64,000 bases of DNA. Origin: Alphaproteobacteria bacterium (lineage in GTDB: Bacteria; Pseudomonadota; Alphaproteobacteria; UBA828). Below are positions 1 to 10,180 of the stretch, piece by piece. Where the stretch lies: the NCBI GenBank assembly GCA_963422645.2, contig CAXXVO010000004.1:192001-256000 (forward strand), in the 5' to 3' direction. The translations under genes and the position numbers were made by a program. A model generated the notes under the pieces. The model was not told where the DNA came from and made no database searches. It saw nothing but the letters and a program-made list of their open reading frames with translations. The first letter of the stretch is position 1. Every line of letters begins with the position of its first letter.

Positions 1-313
1 TGGAAAGCAGGCTGTCCATGCCCTTCAGGCTCTTGCTCTCGACCGGGACGCCGATGACGGGCAGCGGCGTCATCGAGGCGGTCATGCCGGGCAGATGCGC
101 AGCCCCGCCCGCGCCCGCGACGATTACCTTGAGGCCCCGCGACCGCGCTTCCTCGGCGTACGCAACGAGCCGCTTGGGCGTGCGGTGAGCGGAGACGATG
201 CGCGTTTCGACCGGGACGCCGAGCGCTTGCAGGGTCTCGGCCGCATGGCGCATGGTCTCCCAGTCCGACTGGCTTCCCATGATGATCCCGACCGCTGCGG
301 TGGTCTCGCTCAT
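1..313 (-). CDS. purE: N5-carboxyaminoimidazole ribonucleotide mutase (runs off the window edge)
   Basis: Manual translation from ATG at 313: [25 protein letters not shown]...IVSAHRTP...[14 protein letters not shown]...LPVIGVPV; these are PurE signature motifs. Not in the ORF track. Confidence 0.95.
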   Translation of the reverse strand, partial: MSETTAAVGIIMGSQSDWETMRHAAETLQALGVPVETRIVSAHRTPKRLVAYAEEARSRGLKVIVAGAGGAAHLPGMTASMTPLPVIGVPVESKSLKGMDSLLS

Positions 314-477
314 GGCGCTCTCCCTTTCCGGCTCACAAAACCTGGCGCGGCGTGCTACTTTACTGCCGGCAAGCGGTCGCGGGCAGTGCCCGGGCCGCCT
401 TCACAGCTCCGGTGCGGCGTGCTATAGAGCCGCCCGCCCAGGAATGAAACCCGTCAGCGAGGAAGGGAAACAGTCAT

Positions 478-681
478 TTGGTCCATGTAGTCGTACGCGA
501 AAACAATGTCGATCAAGCGCTGAAAGCCCTCAAGAAGAAGATGCAGCGCGAGGGAATTTTCCGGGAAATGAAGATGCGCCGCCACTACGAGAAACCCTCG
601 GAGCGGCGGGCGCGGGAAAAGGCAGAGGCGGTCCGCCGCGCCCGGAAACTCGCACGCAAGCGCGCTCAGCGGGAAGAATAA
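478..681 (+). CDS. rpsU: 30S ribosomal protein S21
   Basis: 67 aa: [37 protein letters not shown]; TTG start after a purine-rich RBS. Confidence 0.97.
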   Translation: MVHVVVRENNVDQALKALKKKMQREGIFREMKMRRHYEKPSERRAREKAEAVRRARKLARKRAQREE

Positions 682-683
682 TT

Positions 684-2571
684 GTAACTGCCCAGGTTCT
701 TGCTGTGAAAATTCTCTGGGATTCGGCACAACGCTACCCACGCGACGCCCGTGTGCTCCTCTGTGGTCGCCGGGTTTCACAGCTCACGATGCCCCTCTTG
801 CGGACTGCGACCGGTAAGCTACCCCGATGTGGCCCGAAGTCCGCCCGCGCGACGGGCACCGATTTTCATTCTATGGGGTGGTCCAGCACGGCGTCGACCA
901 TGATCGTTTATGAGAATGGCTCCGCTGTTGGAGAACCCGTGCCAGGTGAGCTTACGCGCACTTGACGGTGGCGATGAGCCGATCCGATGGGCTGGTCAGG
1001 GCTTCGATGATATTCCAGCCCTGCTTTCTGGCGGTGGTGATGACGCTGCGCAGGATGGCGAAGTTCTCGGCCCCCTGCGCGGACCGGAAGCCCCCGGAGA
1101 TCTTCTGGCGCAGCTTCATCATCCGAAGGTCGCGCTCGGCCTCGTTGTTCGTGAACCCGACCTCGAGGTCGATCAGGAACCGGAGCACCGCGCATTTGTG
1201 GTCGCGCAGCCTCAAGGCCAGATTGTGACCGATCCTTCGCTTCCGGCGCTTCTTCCTCTTGCCAGGCGAGAACGGTGGTTGGCTCTCGTGAAAGGCCAGC
1301 GCATCGGCGATGATCTCGTCGTATCGGCGCTCGATCAGCGCCACAAGCCTCGCCGGAACGGCGATATCCTTGTCCAGCGCGATGCGGGCGGCGCGATTGG
1401 CTCGGCGCAGGAGCTGCTGCATCCGCCGGGCCCAAGCCTCCCCTTCGATGTCCACCAGCGCCTGCAACTCCCGCAGGTGATGGGCGTTGCACAGGCCGTG
1501 CTCCACCCCTTCCATCGCGAAGTACGGCTTCCAGTGATCGTGCACGACGATGCCGGAGACACCCGAGAGCAGGGCGCCGCGCTTGCCGCTGACCCGGTAC
1601 GCCGCCAGCAGCGGCGTGCAGATCACATGAAGCCACTGCGTCTGACCGCCGATCCGCAAGCCGGTCTCGTCCATGTGTTTCACCCGCGCCGTGCCCGCCG
1701 CCAGGTCCTGTATGTGCAAGGCCGCGTCCCGCAGCCGCTCGGCCGCCCTCTCGCTCATCGTCGCCAACGTCGCAGCCGTCACCGGCGCGCCGAAGAGCTC
1801 GGCCATCACCTGCGACAGCCGATCCTCCGGCAGGAAGTGAGCGTGCTGAAGGTAGACCGCCACCCCGGCAATGCGCGGGCCGTACTGCACCGGCGCCGAC
1901 ACCCCGTCGGGGAACGCCGCCCGGGTCACCGTCCCGCAATGCCCGCAGCACTTGGCATGCGCCCGGTGCTCGGTCACCTCCAGGGGGCTCGGCTCGGGCA
2001 GATCGAACACCTGGCGGGCGACGGGCGTTCCCGCCCTGGCCGCGTCCGAAAGCGGCGAACCGCATCCCTTGCAGGAAGCCGGGACGTGATCCTTCACCCG
2101 ATCCGGGTGATCGGCGCGGCGCAGCGTCTTGCCCTTGTGGCCGGGCTGGCCACCGGGCTTGCGGCCCGATTTGCCGCGCAGGCTTCGGGTTCGCCGCTTC
2201 GAATTCGGCTTCCTCAGCCCATCGCTCGAAGGCGGCTTGCCGCTGTTGCCGCTGTTGAGGCCGAGACGGCGCTCCAACTCCTCGATGCGCTCGACGAGAC
2301 GCGCGACTTGCTCTTCCAGCCGCGCGTTCTGCTGCCGAAGCCAGGCATTTTCCTCCCGAAGCCGGGCGTTCTCCTCCTCCAGGCGGGCGATCTTCTGCGC
2401 GGGCGTTTCGGGCGCTGCTCCCGTCGAAGGGCCGCGCGGCGACTCGGGATTGCTCATGTCGTTGTTGAGTCATTTCCCGAAATTCCCGTCAAGCCCTTTC
2501 CACCAACTCCGAACGAGAAACGCCTCAATCCACTGGCCCAAAATGACAAATCAGACGACCTGGGCAGTTAC
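684..2571 (-). mobile_element. IS66-family insertion sequence, single-ORF (ISBst12-like), complete
   Basis: Terminal inverted repeats GTAACTGCCCAGGT (684-697) and ACCTGGGCAGTTAC (2558-2571); 8-bp target duplication GAATAATT at 676-683 and 2572-2579. Confidence 0.95.
952..2457 (-). CDS. IS66-family DDE transposase
   Basis: N-terminal coiled coil, NSGNSGKPPSSD, GGQPGHKG, CxxC zinc ribbons, HMDETG, VHDHW, CNAHHLREL, FTNNEAERDLR...QKISGGFRS. Confidence 0.95.
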   Translation of the reverse strand: MSNPESPRGPSTGAAPETPAQKIARLEEENARLREENAWLRQQNARLEEQVARLVERIEELERRLGLNSGNSGKPPSSDGLRKPNSKRRTRSLRGKSGRKPGGQPGHKGKTLRRADHPDRVKDHVPASCKGCGSPLSDAARAGTPVARQVFDLPEPSPLEVTEHRAHAKCCGHCGTVTRAAFPDGVSAPVQYGPRIAGVAVYLQHAHFLPEDRLSQVMAELFGAPVTAATLATMSERAAERLRDAALHIQDLAAGTARVKHMDETGLRIGGQTQWLHVICTPLLAAYRVSGKRGALLSGVSGIVVHDHWKPYFAMEGVEHGLCNAHHLRELQALVDIEGEAWARRMQQLLRRANRAARIALDKDIAVPARLVALIERRYDEIIADALAFHESQPPFSPGKRKKRRKRRIGHNLALRLRDHKCAVLRFLIDLEVGFTNNEAERDLRMMKLRQKISGGFRSAQGAENFAILRSVITTARKQGWNIIEALTSPSDRLIATVKCA

Positions 2572-2672
2572 GAATAATTCCCGACCAGCGTCCGCAATAG
2601 CCCGGAATATCCGGGCCGACCGAGACGCACCTTTTCGATTCCGACGCCTTCGCCGCTCCCTTTCAAGGAAGG

Positions 2673-2708
2673 GGCGGGGCGACGGCGAGGGCCGTCAAGA
2701 CCCCCGCC
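2673..2708. terminator. GC-rich stem-loop between convergent rpsU and iorB
   Basis: GGCGGGGC-GACGGC...GCCGTC-AAGA-CCCCGCC imperfect inverted repeat just past the stop at 2727. Confidence 0.4.
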
Positions 2709-2726
2709 GCCTACCCCTGAGTTCTG

Positions 2727-5021
2727 CTACGCAGACTCGAGCTGATCGCCGATCGGCAGGTTCCGAATGCGCTTGCCGGTGGCGTTGTAGATCGCGTTGA
2801 CCAGCGCCGGCGTGTAAGGCGGCACACCGGGCTCCCCGACACCGCAGGGACGCAGATGCGTGAAGTCCTCCACGATGTGCACGCGCACGTCGAGAGGCGC
2901 ATCGTCCATGCGGGTGATCGTGTAGTCGTGGAAGTTGCTCTGGTCGACCGCCCCCTGGGTGGTGGTGATCTGCCCATGCATCGCGACCGAATGGCCGTAG
3001 ATGGCCGCCCCTTCCATCTGCTTCCGCACACCCTCCGGATTGACGTAGCGGCCGCAGTCGATCGCCATGTCGACCTGGGGGATGTGAAGCGAGCCGTCGT
3101 CCCGCACCACGACGTGCACGGCCGTTCCCACGTAGCTGTGGAAGCTGCGGTGACACGCGATTCCCAGGCCGTGACCGGCAGGCAGCGCCTTGCCGTAGCC
3201 CGATTTCTCGGCCACCACCCGCAGCACGTTGGAGAGCCGCTTCGGCATGATCGGCCAGTCTTCGATCGAGTCGCCGTAGTTCCAGTGGCCTTCCACGCCG
3301 TCCTGGGTCAGGTCCATGACGTCCGCATCGCCGATGAGCTCAAGCAGGAACTCGACCGGGTCGCGACCGGCGGCCTCCGCCAGCTCGTTCGCGAAGCAGT
3401 TCATGGCGAACGCGTGCTGGATGTTGTTGACCGAGCGGTACCAGCCGACCCGGATCATGGCGTCGGCTTCGCCGTTCTCGATGCGGAGGTTCGGCACCTG
3501 GTTATAGGGCGTGTCGATGAGGCCGAGCCCGTACTCGAGCGGATGGCCGGTCCGCATCTGAGGCGCCCAGAGCGCGATGAGCGTGGGCCACGCGCCCGAA
3601 TGATGCCACGCCGTGACATTGCCCGAGTCGTTGAGCCCCGCCTTGAGCTTGTGGGCGCTCGCGCAGTGGTAGTAGCCCTGCTGGATCTCGTCCTCGCGGG
3701 TCCACTGCACCCGCACCGGGGCGCCGATCTTGCTGGAAAGGATCGCCGCTTCGCACGCGAAGTCCGGCTTGGACTTGCGACCGAAGCCGCCACCCAGCAG
3801 CGTCACTTCACACTCGACATCCGTCTGCTCGATGCCTAACGCCGCCGCCACGTACTGCCGCACCGAGTTGGGCGCCTGGGTCGAGGTCACGACCTTGACC
3901 GGCATCCGGGTGGCGTCGGCCAACGCGACCGGCGGCTCCATCGGCGTGTGGATGAAGTAGGGCACGAAGTACTCGGCCTCGAGCACTTGAGCCGCCGAGC
4001 CCAGCGCCTCGTCGACGTTGCCCCGGTCGCGGACGACGTGGCCGCCGGCGCGCGCCGAGGCCTTGAGCTCGTCGTTGTACGTGCTCGAGTCGTGCTTGAC
4101 GTTGGGGCCGCCATCCCACTCGATGACGAGCCTGTCGCGCCCCTCCATCACCGACCAGGTGTTGGTGCCGATTACAGCGATGCCGCCGAGGGCGTGGAAC
4201 TCCGCGGGCTTGTCGTCGGGAAGCGCCGGAATCTCGATCACCTGCTCGACGCCCTGAACCTTGAGCGCCTCGCTGGCGTCGAAGGACTTCACCTTGCCGC
4301 GGTACACAGGAGAGCGCGCCACGACGGCGATCTTCATGCCGGGAACGCTGATGTCGGCGCCGTAGGTCGCACCACCGGTGCTCATGTCGTAGTTGTCGAC
4401 CACCGGCATGTCGCGGCCGATGTACTTCCACTGCGATTTGTCCTTGAGCTTCGGCGCGGCGTCACCGGTGGGCACCGCGATGTCGGCCGCTGCATCCACC
4501 ACCTCGCCGAAGTCGAACCACTGGCCCGTGCCGGAGTGGTAGAGGCGATGGTCTTTGGCATAGACCTCGCTGGGATCGACGCCCCACTTCCTGGCCGCCG
4601 CCTGCTCCAGCACATAGCGGCCGGCGGCGCCCAGCTCACGCATGACTTCGAAGTGGTGGCGGGTGCTGCGTGAGCCGTCGGTGTTCTGCTGATCCTTGCC
4701 GGCGGGGTCGAACTTGGTCTCGTCGCCGGGTGCCTGCCAGATCTTGACCCGCTTCCAATCGGCTTCGAGCTCGTCGGCCAGGATCATCGGGATGCCGGTG
4801 CGCACGCCCTGACCCATCTCGGAGCGGCTGCACGTGAGGGTGACCGTTCCGTCGTCCGAAATCTCGACAAAGAGATTGGGCTTGACCGAGTTGCCGTTGG
4901 ACTGGCCGCGGGCCGTCGAGATCAGGGAGCCGGAGGTGGCGTTGGCGCCGAGCACGAAGGCGCCGGTGACGCCGGCGGACTTCAGGAAGGTGCGCCGGCT
5001 GATGTTCTCTATGCCGAACAT
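2727..5021 (-). CDS. iorB: Xanthine dehydrogenase-family molybdopterin subunit (isoquinoline 1-oxidoreductase beta type), Tat-exported
   Basis: Start refined to MFGIENISRRTFLK (twin-arginine); SEMGQG, TDGSRS, LLGGGFGRK, GVGEPGVP; coupled to the 2Fe-2S gene. Confidence 0.88.
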   Translation of the reverse strand: MFGIENISRRTFLKSAGVTGAFVLGANATSGSLISTARGQSNGNSVKPNLFVEISDDGTVTLTCSRSEMGQGVRTGIPMILADELEADWKRVKIWQAPGDETKFDPAGKDQQNTDGSRSTRHHFEVMRELGAAGRYVLEQAAARKWGVDPSEVYAKDHRLYHSGTGQWFDFGEVVDAAADIAVPTGDAAPKLKDKSQWKYIGRDMPVVDNYDMSTGGATYGADISVPGMKIAVVARSPVYRGKVKSFDASEALKVQGVEQVIEIPALPDDKPAEFHALGGIAVIGTNTWSVMEGRDRLVIEWDGGPNVKHDSSTYNDELKASARAGGHVVRDRGNVDEALGSAAQVLEAEYFVPYFIHTPMEPPVALADATRMPVKVVTSTQAPNSVRQYVAAALGIEQTDVECEVTLLGGGFGRKSKPDFACEAAILSSKIGAPVRVQWTREDEIQQGYYHCASAHKLKAGLNDSGNVTAWHHSGAWPTLIALWAPQMRTGHPLEYGLGLIDTPYNQVPNLRIENGEADAMIRVGWYRSVNNIQHAFAMNCFANELAEAAGRDPVEFLLELIGDADVMDLTQDGVEGHWNYGDSIEDWPIMPKRLSNVLRVVAEKSGYGKALPAGHGLGIACHRSFHSYVGTAVHVVVRDDGSLHIPQVDMAIDCGRYVNPEGVRKQMEGAAIYGHSVAMHGQITTTQGAVDQSNFHDYTITRMDDAPLDVRVHIVEDFTHLRPCGVGEPGVPPYTPALVNAIYNATGKRIRNLPIGDQLESA

Positions 5022-5023
5022 TG

Positions 5024-5476
5024 TCAGACCTCCTCTGCCGCTGTGCGGACCGCCGCGAAGATCCGCTGGTAGGTGCCGCAGCGACAGATGTTGCCGGCCA
5101 TGCCGTCCACGATCTCTTCGTCGCTGGGGTCGGGGTTCTCGTTGAGCAGCGCCGCCGCCGACATGATCTGCCCGGACTGGCAGTAGCCGCATTGCGGCAC
5201 ATTGTGCGCGCGCCACGCCCGCTGCACGGGGTGGTTGCCGTCTGCGTCGAGACCCTCGATGGTGGTCACGTCCTTGCCGTCGGCCTCCGATACCGGAGTG
5301 ACGCAGGAGCGGACGGCCTCACCGTCCACGTGCATGGTGCACGCGCCGCAGAGCGCTGCGCCGCAACCGAACTTGCTCCCGGTCAGTCCGAGCTCGTCTC
5401 GGACATACCAGAGGAGCGGCATGCCAGAATCGCCGTGGAATTGGCGACTGACGCCGTTGATCTTCATTGAAATCAT
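5024..5476 (-). CDS. iorA: (2Fe-2S)-binding small subunit, IorA/CoxS type
   Basis: [15 protein letters not shown]...[18 protein letters not shown]. Confidence 0.92.
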   Translation of the reverse strand: MISMKINGVSRQFHGDSGMPLLWYVRDELGLTGSKFGCGAALCGACTMHVDGEAVRSCVTPVSEADGKDVTTIEGLDADGNHPVQRAWRAHNVPQCGYCQSGQIMSAAALLNENPDPSDEEIVDGMAGNICRCGTYQRIFAAVRTAAEEV

Positions 5477-5538
5477 CGACCGTCTCCCATGCTCGCTGAC
5501 CGCCCCCGAACCGGGCGATCCTACGTGGACGGTAGACT

Positions 5539-5569
5539 AGAGCGTTTCCGTTTCAGACGGAAACGCTCT
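5539..5569. repeat. Perfect 13-bp stem hairpin (terminator or REP/CIR-like repeat arm)
   Basis: AGAGCGTTTCCGT-ttcag-ACGGAAACGCTCT between pntB and iorA. Confidence 0.6.
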
Positions 5570-5693
5570 TGCCTGGATAGCTTTCCGCGGTCACGGCTCG
5601 CGTTTCGTCAAGCCGTTGGATCTGAGGCTCCGAGCGAAGGGAATGGCCGCAACGACCGTTGCGATGTCGAGTTATTCGGATGCGGCACAGGGG

Positions 5694-7076
5694 TCAGAGG
5701 GACTTGACGATTGCCTCGATCATCTTCTTGGCGTCGCCGAAGAGCATCATCGTGTTGTCCCGGTAGAACACCGGATTGTCGATGCCGGCGTAGCCGGGCG
5801 CGAGCGAGCGCTTGACGAAGAGCACTGTCTTGCAGAGCTCCACATCGAGGATCGGCATGCCCGCAATCGCGCTCTGCGGATCGGTCTTGGCCACCGGATT
5901 GACCACGTCGTTGGCGCCGACCACGAAGGCGACATCGGTGTTCGGCATGTCGCTGTTGATGTCCTCGAGCTCGAAGACCTCGTCGTAGGGGACATTGGCC
6001 TCGGCAAGGAGCACGTTCATATGGCCCGGCATTCGGCCGGCTACCGGGTGGATGGCGTAGCGCACGTCGACGCCTTCCTTCTGAAGCATGGCGGCCATCT
6101 CGCGCACGGCGTGCTGGGCCTGAGCCACGGCGAGGCCGTAGCCCGGCACGATCACCACCGAGCCTGCGTTGCGCATGATGAAGGCGGCGTCGTCGGCGCT
6201 GCCCGCCTTGTGGGTACGGTCCGCCGCCGTGAGAGGCTTCGAGGAATCGGTGCCGAAACCGCCGAGGATCACGCTGATGAAAGAGCGGTTCATGGCGCGG
6301 CACATGATGTAGCTCAGGATCGCGCCAGCCGAGCCCACCAGCGCACCGACCACGATGAGCACCGTGTTCTCCAGCGTGAAGCCGATACCCGCGGCCGCCC
6401 AGCCCGAGTACGAGTTCAGCATCGAAATCACGACCGGCATGTCGGCCCCGCCGATGGGGACGATCAGCAGCACGCCGAGGAGCAGGGCGAGCCCGGTCAT
6501 GGCCCAGAACACGCTCTCCTGCTGCTCGGTGGAAAAGACCGCGCCGAGGGCGACGATCGCGATGATGATCGCGAGATTGAGCAGGTGCTGGCCGCGAAAG
6601 ACCAGCGGCGCGCCGGTCATCAACTCCTGAAGCTTGGCGAAGGCGACGACCGAACCGGTGAAGGTGAGCGCGCCGATTACCACGCCGAAGCTCATCTCGA
6701 TCCGACTCACCAGTCTGATGTCGCCGGGCATGCCGATGTGGAAGGTCTCGGGCGCATAGAGCGCGGCGCCGGCAACCAGCACGGCGGCGAGCCCCACCAG
6801 GCTGTGGAACGCGGCCACCAGCTGGGGCATCGCGGTCATGCGGATGCGGAGCGCGATCACCGTGCCGATCAGCCCGCCGACGGCGATACCGACGCCGATC
6901 CACAAGTAGTCCTCGATCCCCGGCTGGCCGAGGGTCGTGCCGATGGCAATCACCATGCCGGCGATGCCGAAGATGTTGCCGCTGCGCGCGGTCGCGGGCG
7001 ATGAGAGGCCGCGCAGGGCCATGATGAAACAGACACCAGCGATCAGATAGAGAATCGCTGCCAAATTGGATGTCAT
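5694..7076 (-). CDS. pntB: NAD(P) transhydrogenase subunit beta
   Basis: MTAMPQLVAAFHSLVG, IGGADMPVVISMLNSYSG, HPVAGRMPGHMNVLLAEA, GANDVVNP. Confidence 0.97.
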   Translation of the reverse strand: MTSNLAAILYLIAGVCFIMALRGLSSPATARSGNIFGIAGMVIAIGTTLGQPGIEDYLWIGVGIAVGGLIGTVIALRIRMTAMPQLVAAFHSLVGLAAVLVAGAALYAPETFHIGMPGDIRLVSRIEMSFGVVIGALTFTGSVVAFAKLQELMTGAPLVFRGQHLLNLAIIIAIVALGAVFSTEQQESVFWAMTGLALLLGVLLIVPIGGADMPVVISMLNSYSGWAAAGIGFTLENTVLIVVGALVGSAGAILSYIMCRAMNRSFISVILGGFGTDSSKPLTAADRTHKAGSADDAAFIMRNAGSVVIVPGYGLAVAQAQHAVREMAAMLQKEGVDVRYAIHPVAGRMPGHMNVLLAEANVPYDEVFELEDINSDMPNTDVAFVVGANDVVNPVAKTDPQSAIAGMPILDVELCKTVLFVKRSLAPGYAGIDNPVFYRDNTMMLFGDAKKMIEAIVKSL

Positions 7077-7088
7077 TGAGCGCGCCGC

Positions 7089-7391
7089 CTACTTCTTCTT
7101 CTTGAACATCGAGAGCATGCGCTGTGTGACCGTGAATCCTCCGAATATGTTGACGGCTGCAAGGCCGACGGCAACTCCACCAAGAATCTTGGCGAGGACG
7201 CTGCCCTCGGCCGGCGTCACGGCCAACAACGCGCCGACGATGATCACGCTCGAAATGGCGTTCGTGACCGAAATCAGCGGCGTGTGCAGCGCGGGTGTCA
7301 CGCTCCACACGACGTAGTATCCGATGAACACCGCGAGCACGAAGACCGTGACCGCGATGACCAGCGGATGCAGCGCGAGCACGTCCTCCAC
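7089..7391 (-). CDS. pntAb: NAD(P) transhydrogenase alpha subunit, membrane part
   Basis: [22 protein letters not shown]...NIFGGF.VTQRML.MF. Confidence 0.95.
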   Translation of the reverse strand: MEDVLALHPLVIAVTVFVLAVFIGYYVVWSVTPALHTPLISVTNAISSVIIVGALLAVTPAEGSVLAKILGGVAVGLAAVNIFGGFTVTQRMLSMFKKKK

Positions 7392-7393
7392 AG

Positions 7394-8545
7394 TTAGATA
7401 TCCCCGCCCTCGAGCGCCGGATTCACTACCGCGCCGCCCTTGGTCAGCAAGGCTCCCCGTATCACCTCGTCCTCCCAGTCGATGTCGAGCGAGCGGCTTT
7501 CCTGATTGATCATGGGCTGGATGAAGTTGAACAGGTTACGCGCATAGAGCGTGCTGGTATCGACTGGGACTCGCGCCGGGTAGTTGGCGTGGCCGATGAT
7601 CGTGACCCCGTGGCGCAGGACCACCTGGTCGAAGGCGCTCAGCGCGCAATTGCCGCCGCTCTCGACGGCCAGGTCGACGATTACCGAGCCGGGCTTCATG
7701 TCCTTCACCATCGCCTCGGTGATCAGTTCCGGGGCGGGCTTGCCCGGTATCTGCGCCGTGGTGATGCAGATGTCCTGCTTGGTGAGCGTCTCGTGGATGA
7801 GCGCGGCCTGACGATCCTTGTATACGTCGCCCATTTCCTTGGCATAGCCGCCTGCAGTCTCGGCGTCGCCGGCGTCGGCATCGACCGAGATGAACTTGGC
7901 GCCCAAGCTCTCGACCTGTTCCTTGACGGCAGGGCGCACGTCGAAGGCGGAAACCAGCGCGCCCAGCCGCTTGGCCGTCGCGATCGCTTGAAGACCGGCA
8001 ACCCCCGCGCCGAGCACGACGACCCGCGCCGGAGCCACGGTGCCGGCTGCCGTCATCATCATGGGCAGGATGCGGCCGAAATGGTCGGCGGCGTCGATCA
8101 CCGTCTTGTAGCCCGCGATGTTGCTTTGCGAGGACAGCGCATCCATCGACTGCGCGCGGCTGATGCGCGGGATCAGCTCCATCGCGAAGGAGGTAACGCC
8201 GTGGGCGGCGTAGCGCGCGACCTGCTCGCGCTGCTGCAGCGGGGCAAGCAGCCCCACCAGCACGGCGTCCGGCTTCAACAGCGAAAGCTCATCGGCCGCG
8301 TTTCCGTCACAGAGCGGCGCGCGGACCTTGGTCACGAGATCGGCCTCGCCGTATACCGCCTTCGCGTCGACGACGATGTGGGCGCCCGCTTCTGTCAGCG
8401 CTTCGTCCGACATTTGAGCGCCGGCGCCGGCGCCACTCTCCACCAGCACGTCGACGCCCAGAGCCGTGAATTTCTTGATCGAATCCGGAGACGCGGCAAT
8501 GCGGGTCTCACCCGGGACAATTTCCTTCGGGACCCCGATCCTCAT
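7394..8545 (-). CDS. pntAa: NAD(P) transhydrogenase alpha subunit, NAD-binding part
   Basis: Start refined to MRIGVPKE; [44 protein letters not shown]. Confidence 0.95.
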   Translation of the reverse strand: MRIGVPKEIVPGETRIAASPDSIKKFTALGVDVLVESGAGAGAQMSDEALTEAGAHIVVDAKAVYGEADLVTKVRAPLCDGNAADELSLLKPDAVLVGLLAPLQQREQVARYAAHGVTSFAMELIPRISRAQSMDALSSQSNIAGYKTVIDAADHFGRILPMMMTAAGTVAPARVVVLGAGVAGLQAIATAKRLGALVSAFDVRPAVKEQVESLGAKFISVDADAGDAETAGGYAKEMGDVYKDRQAALIHETLTKQDICITTAQIPGKPAPELITEAMVKDMKPGSVIVDLAVESGGNCALSAFDQVVLRHGVTIIGHANYPARVPVDTSTLYARNLFNFIQPMINQESRSLDIDWEDEVIRGALLTKGGAVVNPALEGGDI

Positions 8546-8672
8546 GCGCGCATCGACTCTGACTCTCCAGGAGCGGCGCCACAATGCCCCGCCCGATGCG
8601 GTTTGCCAAGGCTCGGTTCGCGCCTTCTCACGGAAGCTTGAATGGGTGTCGGAGGCGGCGGCGCGGGGGTTG

Positions 8673-10019
8673 TCAGGCGGCCTCGGGCAGGCCGCAATTT
8701 TTCAGCGCAGCGGCCTGACGACGGTTCAGCAGAGCAGTGTCGAAGCCTTCGATCAACGCCTCGTAGAGCTGGTGCCAGTTGAGCTCGGCCTTGAGATGCA
8801 GGTAGACCGAGCCAAGGCCGATCGCCGAGCGGTCGATCAGCACGAACTCGCGCGGCGGCGTGACGCCGCCGAGGCGCCGTATCTCTCGATGGACTTTTGC
8901 CGCAACCGCGCCGCCGTAGCGGGCGTTGCCGGACTCGTCGATCATGCGGGTGCGGTCGTCCAGCAGCGGCCCGTATATGTAGTTGGCCCAAATGTTGAGC
9001 GCATCCACCATCTCGTTCGACAGGTCGGTGAAACCCCAAGTCTCGTAGGCGTGTACTGCAAGTGCGCGATTGTCGTCGCGGACCGCGTGGTAAAGGTCGA
9101 TCACGCCCTGCACGAAGCGGCCTCCGAACACGCGGATGCAGCCGTAATCGAAGAGATTGACCGTGCCGTCGGGGCGCACCGTGTAGTTGCCGAGGTGCGG
9201 GTCGCCGTGGAGCACGCCATAGCGGTAGAAGGGCACGTACCAGGCGTCGAACATGTGGCGCGCGATGGCGTTGCGCTGCTCGGCCGGGGCCTCCTTGAAG
9301 TCGAGCAGGGGGGCGCCTTCGAGCCAGTTCATGGTGAGCAGTCGCCCGGTCGACAGCCCGGCTTCCACCACCGGCACGTGAACGCTCGGATCGTCGCGCA
9401 GCATCTCGGCGTAGAGGGCCATGTGGCGGGCCTCGCGCTCGTAGTCGAGCTCTTCGCGGAGCCGCGCCGCGATCTCGGCGTGGATCTCTCCGGTGTCGAT
9501 GGCCCGGTCGTAACGGGCATAGATGGCGAAGATCAGCTTGAGCTGGCGGATGTCGGCCGCCACCGCCGACGCCATGTCCGGGTATTGCAGCTTGCAGGCG
9601 AGCGGCGCGCCGTCGTGCCCTGTGGCGCGGTGCACCTGGCCGAGGGAGGCGGCGGCGGCGGCTTCCACCTCGAACGCGGCGAAGGCCGAACGCCAGTCGG
9701 GGCCCAGTTCGCTCGCCATGCGTCGCTTGACGAAGCTCCAGCCCATCGCAGGTGCCCGCGATTGCAGGGCGCCGAGCGCGTCGGCGTACTCTTCGGGCAG
9801 GCCTCCGGGGATGGTGGCGAGCAGCTGGGCGACCTTCATCAGCGGCCCCTTGAGGCCGCCGAGGGCGCGCTTGAGCTCTTCGGCGTTGCGTTCCCGATCG
9901 GCGGGCAGGCCGAGGTAGCGCTGGCCCGCCATGCGCGCCGCGATTCCGCCCACCGAGGTACTGACCCGCGCATAGCGGCGCACCCGCCCCGTCAGCCTGT
10001 CGTCTTCGCGATCCGGCAC
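8673..10019 (-). CDS. ABC1/AarF/UbiB-family atypical kinase
   Basis: LKGPLMKVAQ, AAASLGQVHRA, CKLQYP, EELDYEREA, HGDPHLGNY, FDYG. Confidence 0.92.
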   Translation of the reverse strand: MPDREDDRLTGRVRRYARVSTSVGGIAARMAGQRYLGLPADRERNAEELKRALGGLKGPLMKVAQLLATIPGGLPEEYADALGALQSRAPAMGWSFVKRRMASELGPDWRSAFAAFEVEAAAAASLGQVHRATGHDGAPLACKLQYPDMASAVAADIRQLKLIFAIYARYDRAIDTGEIHAEIAARLREELDYEREARHMALYAEMLRDDPSVHVPVVEAGLSTGRLLTMNWLEGAPLLDFKEAPAEQRNAIARHMFDAWYVPFYRYGVLHGDPHLGNYTVRPDGTVNLFDYGCIRVFGGRFVQGVIDLYHAVRDDNRALAVHAYETWGFTDLSNEMVDALNIWANYIYGPLLDDRTRMIDESGNARYGGAVAAKVHREIRRLGGVTPPREFVLIDRSAIGLGSVYLHLKAELNWHQLYEALIEGFDTALLNRRQAAALKNCGLPEAA

Positions 10020-10180
10020 GATTGGCGCCTCTGTGCTTGCTACCCGGCGGTCAGGGCCGCGTTGCGGCGCGCCACCCCATTCGATAAATCATAGCATCGA
10101 CCCTGTTTGCTGGCCGCATGGGTGCGGCAAACGCGGCGCGGGGCGGGGCGGGCCTGGCCCAGGAGCAGCGGGAGAAGCGA

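Noticed and set aside
5480-5690. Molybdenum-cofactor riboswitch upstream of iorA
   Set aside because: The conserved Moco RNA motif could not be recognised by eye; only a simple hairpin is supported
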